64,000 nucleotides of DNA from a bacterium (lineage in GTDB: Bacteria; Bacteroidota; Ignavibacteria; Ignavibacteriales; Melioribacteraceae): contig DAHYUM010000001.1 of assembly GCA_027398005.1 (NCBI GenBank), positions 203 through 64,202 on the forward strand. The letters run 5' to 3'. Positions 37,386-43,984 of this stretch are shown here, piece after piece; the stretch's first letter is position 1, and each line of letters begins with the position of its first letter. The notes beneath the pieces were generated by a model. It was given only the letters and a program-made list of their open reading frames with translations, was not told the origin of the DNA and ran no database searches. The position numbers and the translations under genes are program-made.

Positions 37386-37969
37386 ATTTGTTAATGCCGG
37401 CATATCTTTTATGCGGAGGGGGCAGCAAGCGTTTCGGCAGCGATAAGGCCCTTGCCCTGATAAACGGAAGAAAAGTTATTGAGATAATAATTGAGGAATT
37501 AAGAAAAGTTTTCCCTTCAATTTATCTCGTAACTTCGGGGGATGATAAATACAGTTTCACCGGAATTGAATGCATTAAGGATATTTATGCCGGACGCGGT
37601 CCCCTTGCGGGCATTCACGCGGCGCTTAATCATTCCTCTTACGAAAGAGTCTTTATTATCTCATGCGATATGCCTCTTATAACGGGAGAAGCAATGGAAT
37701 ATATTGCCGGTTATAGCACACAAAAGAATGCAGTCATTCCTTTTTCGGGGGGGAGGAATCATTATATGTGCGCAGTTTACGGCAAAAGCCTTGCGCATAA
37801 AGCAGGCGAACTTTTAGAATCCACTTCTTCACAATTAAAATCGGCCGGAGTAGCCCCGCTTGTTAAAGCCTCCGATGCCGAAATAATAAATTTCGACTCA
37901 CTGCCGCAATTCAATCCGAAGATATTTTTTAATCTCAATACGATTGAAGATTTAAATTCCCTCTCTTAG
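37382..37969 (+). CDS. mobA: Molybdenum cofactor guanylyltransferase
   Basis: Motifs LCGGGSKRFGSDKAL, GPLAGIHAAL and ISCDMP. Confidence 0.85.
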   Translation: MNLLMPAYLLCGGGSKRFGSDKALALINGRKVIEIIIEELRKVFPSIYLVTSGDDKYSFTGIECIKDIYAGRGPLAGIHAALNHSSYERVFIISCDMPLITGEAMEYIAGYSTQKNAVIPFSGGRNHYMCAVYGKSLAHKAGELLESTSSQLKSAGVAPLVKASDAEIINFDSLPQFNPKIFFNLNTIEDLNSLS

Positions 37970-37983
37970 TACTTCTAAAAAAT

Positions 37984-38002
37984 GTGTCCGGAAACCGGAC
38001 AC
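37984..38002 (+). terminator. Hairpin after mobA (possible terminator, no T-tract)
   Basis: GTGTCCGG-aaa-CCGGACAC, an 8-bp stem 15 nt after the stop. Confidence 0.4.
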
Positions 38003-38240
38003 GCAAATAAATTTGGCACGCAATAAAAATAACCCACGGAGTCCTTAAATAATACATAGATGCCCTGTTTTTATGCAAAATTTGAACAAAAACTCATTAA
38101 TAAAAGTCCTATTTCGGGCTAAAAATGGACTTTGAGTGTTATTATAGAACAAAAATATCTTAATACCTCTTGATATTATTTTAAAAATGCATAATTTTGT
38201 ATGTAAAGAAAGTTGATATTTATAAATACCAAGTATTGTC

Positions 38241-38687
38241 ATGAAAGAACAACTCGAAAACAAAAGCACACCCCTTTTCCCGATTAGCACTGCGGCAGAA
38301 CTTCTTGGCATTTCGGTTCATACCTTAAGAATGTACGAGAAGGAAGGACTGATTGTTCCCTTCAAGAAAGACTCTAACCAGAGGCGCTATTCAAGAGCCG
38401 ACCTTGAGAGAATACAATGCGTGCGAAGGGCAATTAACGAAGATAAAATAAGCATAGAGGGAATTAAAAGAATGCTTGCCCTTATACCTTGCTGGAGCAT
38501 TATGAAATGCAGCGATAAGGAGAGGGAGGCATGCCCGGCCTACATTAATATGGAAAAACCATGCTGGGCCTACAATCTTGAAGATAACGTATGCGCCAAA
38601 ATGAACTGTTCGGAATGCGAAGTGTACAACAGCTTTGTAGAGTGTAATTCAATTAAAGATTATATGAAACAGAACTGGGGTAAATAG
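38241..38687 (+). CDS. MerR-family regulator with a C-terminal 8-Cys domain
   Basis: MerR HTH (ISTAAELLGISVHTLRMYEKEGLI...RRYS). The C-terminal part reads PCWSIMKC...EACPAY...KPCWAY...VCAKMNCSECEVYNSFVEC. Confidence 0.85.
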   Translation: MKEQLENKSTPLFPISTAAELLGISVHTLRMYEKEGLIVPFKKDSNQRRYSRADLERIQCVRRAINEDKISIEGIKRMLALIPCWSIMKCSDKEREACPAYINMEKPCWAYNLEDNVCAKMNCSECEVYNSFVECNSIKDYMKQNWGK

Positions 38688-38688
38688 T

Positions 38689-38718
38689 TTGAACTCTATT
38701 TCACTTAATAAATACAAT
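38689..38718 (+). promoter_or_regulatory. Sigma-70-like promoter in front of the octaheme cytochrome gene
   Basis: TTGAAC (38689-38694), an 18-nt spacer, then TACAAT (38713-38718), about 30 nt upstream of the ATG. Confidence 0.45.
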
Positions 38719-38747
38719 ATAACCGTAAAATAAACATCCGGGATTCT

Positions 38748-40331
38748 ATGAAAAAAATAGTCATATCACTTGTTATTTTAGGCTTGGTGGCTGTAACTAC
38801 AATAGGACTTCTATCGTCGCATGTTGTTGAACAATCCCAATTAAGCCTATTAAGGGCGAGGCTGGAAAAGAAAAAATCTATTCCGGTCGATCACTCAAAA
38901 TTTCCCGAACTTCAGAAGAAGTTCACTTCTCCTCAGCAGGTTACCGAAACCTGCATTACCTGCCATAATAAAACGGCCGATCAGGTCATCCATTCTAATC
39001 ACTGGAACTGGGAAAGGGAAGAGTATATTCAGGGAAGAGGCATCGTTTATCTGGGCAAGAAAAACGCCATTAACAATTTCTGTATAGGTGTTGAAGGAAA
39101 CGAGCAAAGCTGTGCTAAATGCCATATCGGTTTCGGCATGACTGCCAAAGGATTCTCCTTTACCGATCCTAAGAATATCGACTGCCTTGTATGCCACGAT
39201 AATACCGAGACTTATTCGAAAGGGAACGAAATGGGAGGAGCCCCCGATCCTTCTGTTGACTTGAACAAGATTGCACAAAACGTAGGGGAGCCGAATAGAT
39301 CCAATTGCGGCGTTTGCCATTTCTACGGCGGCGGCGGAAATAACGTTAAACACGGCGACCTCGAAAAATCGATGTTTGAGCCCACCAGAGATATTGACGT
39401 GCACATGGCTACAACAGGACCGAATTTTTCATGTGTAGAATGCCATACAACTGTAGATCATAACATAAGCGGTAAACTTTATTCCCTTTCCTCAATGAAC
39501 AGGAACAGGGCTACATGCGAACAGTGCCACACATCTAATCCGCACGACAGCGAAATTCTCAATAAACATACTTATAAAATCGCATGCCAGACCTGCCATA
39601 TTCCCGTTTACGCTAAAGAAAATGCTACAAAAGTTGCATGGGACTGGTCGACTGCCGGACAGCTTAAAGACGACAAACCTTACGAAGTTGACGACAGCGA
39701 CGGCAACCATACATATCTTTCAATTAAAGGTAGCTTTAAATGGGGCAAAAACCTTAAACCCGATTATGTTTGGTTTAACGGAACAGCAGAACACTATCTG
39801 CTCGGCGATACTATAAAAGATGTTTCGAAACCTCTGGTTCTTAACCAGCTTAACGGTTCTTACCTCGATAAGGAATCCAAAATTATTCCGGTTAAAATAC
39901 ACCGCGCTAAACAGCCTTACGATCCGGTAACAAGGCTTCTTATCCAGCCCAAACTCTTTGCCGAAAAGAAAGGGGAAGGCGCCTTCTGGAAAGATTTCGA
40001 CTGGGAGAAAGCCGCCGAAGTCGGAATGAAAGATGTCAACCTTCCTTTCAGCGGTAAAATTGAATTTATTCAGACCGAAATGTACTGGCCTCTTAACCAT
40101 ATGGTTTCTTCAAAGGATAAATCGCTTACATGTACCGACTGCCATACAAGGGACAACAGCAGGCTTGCCGGTTTGAACGATTTCTATATGCCTGCCAGGG
40201 ATTACAGTCCTTTTATTGATTACGCCGGTTTAACTGTTGTTCTTCTTTCGTTCGCGGGTGTATTCGCTCACGGAACATTGAGGATAGTATCTTCACGCAA
40301 AAGAAAAAGAGGTATGAACAATGAAAAATAA
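38748..40331 (+). CDS. Octaheme c-type cytochrome, tetrathionate-reductase (OTR) family
   Basis: Eight CXXCH motifs counted: CITCH, CAKCH, CLVCH, CGVCH, CVECH, CEQCH, CQTCH and CTDCH. The N-terminal block VDHSKFPELQKKF...VTETCITCH...HSNHWNW resembles OTR. There is an N-terminal signal/anchor and a C-terminal hydrophobic helix followed by RKRKRG. Confidence 0.8.
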   Translation: MKKIVISLVILGLVAVTTIGLLSSHVVEQSQLSLLRARLEKKKSIPVDHSKFPELQKKFTSPQQVTETCITCHNKTADQVIHSNHWNWEREEYIQGRGIVYLGKKNAINNFCIGVEGNEQSCAKCHIGFGMTAKGFSFTDPKNIDCLVCHDNTETYSKGNEMGGAPDPSVDLNKIAQNVGEPNRSNCGVCHFYGGGGNNVKHGDLEKSMFEPTRDIDVHMATTGPNFSCVECHTTVDHNISGKLYSLSSMNRNRATCEQCHTSNPHDSEILNKHTYKIACQTCHIPVYAKENATKVAWDWSTAGQLKDDKPYEVDDSDGNHTYLSIKGSFKWGKNLKPDYVWFNGTAEHYLLGDTIKDVSKPLVLNQLNGSYLDKESKIIPVKIHRAKQPYDPVTRLLIQPKLFAEKKGEGAFWKDFDWEKAAEVGMKDVNLPFSGKIEFIQTEMYWPLNHMVSSKDKSLTCTDCHTRDNSRLAGLNDFYMPARDYSPFIDYAGLTVVLLSFAGVFAHGTLRIVSSRKRKRGMNNEK

Positions 40332-40992
40332 AGTATATATATACAGATCGTTCGAAAGGTTCTGGCATTGGATGCAGGCTATTCTCATTTTCTTTCTTGC
40401 TGCCACCGGTTTCGAAATTCACGGAGTTATAAATTTCTTCGGCTATGCCAACGCGGTTAAATACCACAGCGTTGCCGCTTACATTTTTATCATCCTTATA
40501 GTATTCGCAATATTCTGGCATTTTGCAACAGGGGAATGGAAACAGTATGTGCCTACGCTTGAGCATTTGCGTTCGCAGATAGATTTTTATCTGGTAGGCA
40601 TTTTCAGGAATGCTCCCCATCCCACAAAAAAGAGCGTATTAAGCAAGCTTAATCCGCTTCAGAAACTTGTTTACCTTGCATTAAAAATTCTTGTAATTCC
40701 CACAATGGTAATTTCGGGCCTCCTCTATATGTTTTACCGTTATCCACAGAAAGGGGGAATTGAAGGACTCAATATCGATTCGATTAATGTTATTGCGCTA
40801 TTCCACACTGCAGGGGCTTTCCTTCTGCTGGCTTTCATTATAGTGCATCTTTATCTTGTTACTACGGGTACAACCATTACCTCCAATTTAAAGGCTATGA
40901 TTACCGGTTACGAAGAAATTGAGACCGAAGAGGGGAGTAATGAAGAAAAAAGCAATAAAACAAATTTGAAAGAAGAGGTTGTAAATGAATAA
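40321..40992 (+). CDS. Cytochrome b (PhsC / Ni-Fe-hydrogenase b-type cytochrome family) membrane subunit
   Basis: The N-terminal RFWHW motif, about 4 TM helices carrying conserved His, and an 11-nt overlap with the cytochrome c gene. Confidence 0.75.
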   Translation: MKNKVYIYRSFERFWHWMQAILIFFLAATGFEIHGVINFFGYANAVKYHSVAAYIFIILIVFAIFWHFATGEWKQYVPTLEHLRSQIDFYLVGIFRNAPHPTKKSVLSKLNPLQKLVYLALKILVIPTMVISGLLYMFYRYPQKGGIEGLNIDSINVIALFHTAGAFLLLAFIIVHLYLVTTGTTITSNLKAMITGYEEIETEEGSNEEKSNKTNLKEEVVNE

Positions 40993-41503
40993 TCCAGAAA
41001 AGTATATGAACCCGTATTTGGCGGGATTTTTGCTCGGCCTTACATTGCTTGTTACAATCTATATAACGGGACGCGGTTTGGGCGCAAGCGGCGCGGTTAA
41101 AAGTGCCGTAGTGGCAGTAGTTCAGACTGTTGCCCCCGCCCACACAGAGAGCGCCAAGTTTTATAAAGAATATTACGACGAGCATCCGGGCAATCCATTA
41201 AAAAACTGGCTTGTATTCGAAATTATTGGTGTAGTTATAGGCGCATTTATATCGGGTTTAGTATCCAACAGGCTTAAACTTACACTTGAACATTCTCCTA
41301 AAATAAAGAGCCGCACAAGAATAGCGGGCGCATTAATTGGAGGCGCATTGTTCGGATTCGGCGCACAGTTCGGAAGAGGCTGTACAAGCGGTGCCGCTCT
41401 TAGCGGTATGGCTGTCTTTTCAACAGGCGGACTGATTACAATGATCGCCATTTTCGGCGGGGCTTACGCATTCGCTTATTTTTTCAGAAAACTGTGGCTA
41501 TAA
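40985..41503 (+). CDS. YeeE/YedE-family sulfur-transport half-protein
   Basis: GRGLGASG and GRGCTSGAALSG motifs. 172 aa. It overlaps the upstream gene by 8 nt. Confidence 0.8.
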   Translation: MNNPEKYMNPYLAGFLLGLTLLVTIYITGRGLGASGAVKSAVVAVVQTVAPAHTESAKFYKEYYDEHPGNPLKNWLVFEIIGVVIGAFISGLVSNRLKLTLEHSPKIKSRTRIAGALIGGALFGFGAQFGRGCTSGAALSGMAVFSTGGLITMIAIFGGAYAFAYFFRKLWL

Positions 41504-41514
41504 TATAAGGAGAT

Positions 41515-42717
41515 ATGAATATGGGACCATTAGTACCCGACGTAATCGGGAATCAATTGAATTTAGTTGTAGCGCTTTTTGTAGGCATTGCATTCGGTTT
41601 TGTTCTTGAGCAGGCAGGGTTTTCAACCTCCAAAAAGCTTGTAGGATTATTCTACGGATATGATTTTACCGTTCTGCGCGTTTTTATGACCGCAGGCGTT
41701 ACGGCAATGATTGGCGTTGTTGCACTTGACCATTTCGGACTGCTTGATATAAGCCAGATTTTAATTAACCCTACATTCCTCTGGTCTGCTATTGTTGGGG
41801 GAATTATAATGGGACTCGGTTTTGTTATTGGAGGTTTCTGCCCGGGTACAAGCGTATGCGCAGCCGCAATAGGCAAAATTGACGCGATGATTTTTATTGC
41901 AGGCTCTTTGCTTGGCGTTCTTGTTTTTGCCGAAGGATACCCGATGTTTGAAGGGCTTTACAAAGCCGCAAACTGGGGCAACGTGCAGATATTCAATACT
42001 CTCGGCATGTCGCAATCCTTATTTGCATTCCTCCTTACCGCAATGGCGGTAGGCGCCTTCTGGGGCGTTACCGTTATAGAGGCTAAAGTAAACGGCAAAA
42101 TGGATCCTGAATATAAATCGAAAAAATTATATTACGGACTTACTATACTCGCAGGCGTTATAGCCCTATCGGCTTTTGTAATGCCCGATAGAAAAGACGA
42201 ATTAATGGGAAGCATTCAGGATAAAGGATTTGTAACGAATTACAATGTAAATGAAATGACATCAGATGAGCTCGCATTCAGGATAATGGATTCGGACCAG
42301 AAACTGCAGATATTCGATTTAAGGGCGCAGAAGGAATTCGATTCACTTGCACTTCCTTTTTCTGCCAGATACGACATACAGAATTTCTTCGATAAGGAAA
42401 CGGGCAAGAAACTTTCGTACAGGAATATGAAAAATGTGTTTGTAGCCAACGATGAATATACAGAAAAACAGGGAGCCGTTCTGGCAAAGGAACTGGGCTT
42501 CCACGATATTTATGTGCTTAAAGGGGGGCTCAACGGATTCAGAAAAGATATTCTCAATTTTGAACAGCCGGGAGAACCTAAAAACAGACGCGAAACCGAT
42601 ACATACCGTTTCAGAAACGAGGCGAAAACTACCATTCCTGTTCTTATAAAAGAGTATAAACAGAAACAGGCGCCTAAAGAATCTTCTAAACCGAAGAGAA
42701 AACTGGTTGGCTGTTAG
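41515..42717 (+). CDS. YeeE/YedE-family half-protein fused to a rhodanese-homology domain
   Basis: The N-terminal TM domain contains GGFCPGTSVCAA. The C-terminal roughly 110 aa align with GlpE-type rhodanese (QIFDLR...VLKGGLNGF), but the catalytic-Cys position is Asn. Confidence 0.8.
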   Translation: MNMGPLVPDVIGNQLNLVVALFVGIAFGFVLEQAGFSTSKKLVGLFYGYDFTVLRVFMTAGVTAMIGVVALDHFGLLDISQILINPTFLWSAIVGGIIMGLGFVIGGFCPGTSVCAAAIGKIDAMIFIAGSLLGVLVFAEGYPMFEGLYKAANWGNVQIFNTLGMSQSLFAFLLTAMAVGAFWGVTVIEAKVNGKMDPEYKSKKLYYGLTILAGVIALSAFVMPDRKDELMGSIQDKGFVTNYNVNEMTSDELAFRIMDSDQKLQIFDLRAQKEFDSLALPFSARYDIQNFFDKETGKKLSYRNMKNVFVANDEYTEKQGAVLAKELGFHDIYVLKGGLNGFRKDILNFEQPGEPKNRRETDTYRFRNEAKTTIPVLIKEYKQKQAPKESSKPKRKLVGC

Positions 42718-42750
42718 TTTTTTTCATTCATACGGCTTTCCTTATTGTGA

Positions 42751-42777
42751 GTCCCGCCTAAAAGCGGGACTTTTTTT
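42751..42777 (+). terminator. Intrinsic terminator of the cytochrome/YeeE operon
   Basis: GTCCCGC-ctaaaa-GCGGGAC followed by TTTTTTT. Confidence 0.85.
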
Positions 42778-42786
42778 ACCCCGGGC

Positions 42787-42815
42787 TTGCATAATTATGG
42801 GCATATGCTTATAAT
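42787..42815 (+). promoter_or_regulatory. Near-consensus sigma-70 promoter of the DUF134 / NifX-like pair
   Basis: TTGCAT (42787-42792), a 17-nt spacer, then TATAAT (42810-42815). The spacer contains the palindrome GCATATGC. An AGGAGA RBS lies at 42821. Confidence 0.6.
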
Positions 42816-42830
42816 TAATCAGGAGAAATT

Positions 42831-43130
42831 ATGGCGCGAAGAAAATGTGTACGTTGTATTGGAGGCAGGCCCGAGGTTGTTTACTATAAACCGGCGGGTA
42901 TAAGACTTATAGACCTTGAAGAGGTAGTTCTTGAGCTTGACGAGTATGAAGCAATTAAACTGGCCGACCTGGAAGGCTTGTACCAGGAGGAGGCGGCATT
43001 AAGAATGAATATCTCGCGCCAGACTTTTGGAAGGATTATTGAAGCGGCGCATAAAAAAATAGCCGATGCAATAGTAAACGGAAAAGCAATTAAAATTGAA
43101 GGGGGAAATGTAGCCCCCATTAACAAATAA
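42831..43130 (+). CDS. DUF134 (UPF0251) family putative DNA-binding protein
   Basis: 99 aa. The pattern FKP.G......V.L..DE.EA.RL.D.EGL.QEEAA..M.ISR.T..R is well matched (YKPAGI...LELDEYEAIKLADLEGLYQEEAALRMNISRQTFGR). Confidence 0.8.
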   Translation: MARRKCVRCIGGRPEVVYYKPAGIRLIDLEEVVLELDEYEAIKLADLEGLYQEEAALRMNISRQTFGRIIEAAHKKIADAIVNGKAIKIEGGNVAPINK

Positions 43131-43147
43131 ATAAAAAGGCAAATAAA

Positions 43148-43531
43148 ATGAAAATAGCGGTTCCTACAAGAATGGATATGGTTGACGGTCATTTCGGGCA
43201 TTGCGAGTATTATTCGGTTTATTCCCTTAATGAAGAGAATGAAGTAATTAAGAAAGAAATTATTAAATCCCCCGAAGGATGTGGATGCAAATCGGATATT
43301 GCGCCTATACTTCAAAATGAAGGAGTAAAAGTAATGCTTGCCGGCAATATGGGCATGGGAGCATTAAATATGCTTGCAATGCACGATATTGAAGTAATAC
43401 GGGGATGCAGCGGCAATACGGATGAAGTTGTGCGCCTCTTTTTAGAAGGGCAGGTTAAGGATAGCGGTGTAGGCTGCGAGCATCACACCCATGGCCATAA
43501 TCACGAACACGGGCATACCTGCAACCATTAA
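43148..43531 (+). CDS. NifB/NifX-family (dinitrogenase FeMo-cofactor-binding domain) protein with a His-rich tail
   Basis: MKIAVP......V..HFGHC..Y is typical of the family. The C-terminal tail reads CEHHTHGHNHEHGHTCNH. Confidence 0.75.
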   Translation: MKIAVPTRMDMVDGHFGHCEYYSVYSLNEENEVIKKEIIKSPEGCGCKSDIAPILQNEGVKVMLAGNMGMGALNMLAMHDIEVIRGCSGNTDEVVRLFLEGQVKDSGVGCEHHTHGHNHEHGHTCNH

Positions 43532-43535
43532 TTAT

Positions 43536-43571
43536 TTTAAAGGCCGTTTTAAATTTAAAACGGCCTTTAAA
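43536..43571 (+). terminator. Perfect 36-bp palindrome (probable terminator hairpin)
   Basis: TTTAAAGGCCGTTTTAAATTTAAAACGGCCTTTAAA is its own reverse complement, which I checked by hand. It begins 5 nt after the stop codon. Confidence 0.55.
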
Positions 43572-43627
43572 TTCCTCTCTGTAATTCTTCCAATAATATT
43601 CTATACCAATGAATTTAGAACTTAACT

Positions 43628-43727
43628 CCTCATTCATAATCTTTCATATTGTTTTCCACAGAAAAGAATATTGTGTGTAATCCCTCCTTTATAATCTTTC
43701 ATATTGTTCCCCAAAGCAAAGAATATA
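43628..43727. repeat. Two copies of a 45-bp direct repeat (55-bp period)
   Basis: Copies at 43628-43672 and 43683-43727 match at 38/45 positions by manual alignment. Both contain a perfect 18-bp core, ATAATCTTTCATATTGTT (43636-43653 and 43691-43708). Confidence 0.85.
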
Positions 43728-43735
43728 GAGCTAAA

Positions 43736-43774
43736 CCCCTCCTTAGTAAGGAGGGGTGGCCGGCAAAGCCGGCC
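43736..43774. repeat. Two adjacent GC-rich palindromic hairpins
   Basis: CCCCTCCTTA-g-TAAGGAGGGG (43736-43756) and GGCCGGC-aaa-GCCGGCC (43758-43774). Confidence 0.8.
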
Positions 43775-43824
43775 GGGGTGGTGTACCGGGGTGGTGTACC
43801 GGGGTGGTATACCGGGGTGGTATA
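43773..43824. repeat. 13-bp tandem repeat x4
   Basis: CCGGGGTGGTGTA x2 followed by CCGGGGTGGTATA x2, head to tail. It is intergenic, about 160 nt upstream of galE. Confidence 0.9.
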
Positions 43825-43984
43825 CTGGTATTCCCTAACCAGCCAATAATTCTAATTTTGCACTATCCCGTTCCCTCATCATTCCGTTAAACTAATTGGT
43901 TATTTTATGCACAGGCAAAGGGTAAATAACCGCTTGCGGGGGCAGGGCTTAATACCTATTTTTGCATATAAAGAAGGAGACGGG

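Noticed and set aside
38014-38029. TGGCAC hexamer suggesting a sigma-54 (-24) element upstream of the MerR gene
   Set aside because: The required -12 TTGC/GC element at the correct 5-nt spacing is absent; the sequence continues GCAATAAAAA.
43628-43824. Possible CRISPR array
   Set aside because: There are only two copies of the 45-bp unit, separated by a 10-bp spacer. The 13-bp units are contiguous with no spacers. No cas genes occur in the window. This is not CRISPR architecture.
43649-43849. 66-aa + strand ORF (MFSTEKNIV...GVVYRGGVPGWYTGVVYWYS)
   Set aside because: It runs straight through the 45-bp repeats, the two palindromes and the 13-bp tandem array. Its odd periodic peptide is simply the repeat read in frame. 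It has no RBS and is most likely non-coding.
43907-43984. Extended N-termini from the ORF track for galE (43907). The same applies to rfbC (44916), the alpha/beta hydrolase (62249) and the transglutaminase-like gene (11332).
   Set aside because: Internal ATGs with good RBSs give the canonical family N-termini or signal peptides. The extensions have no homology-like features.
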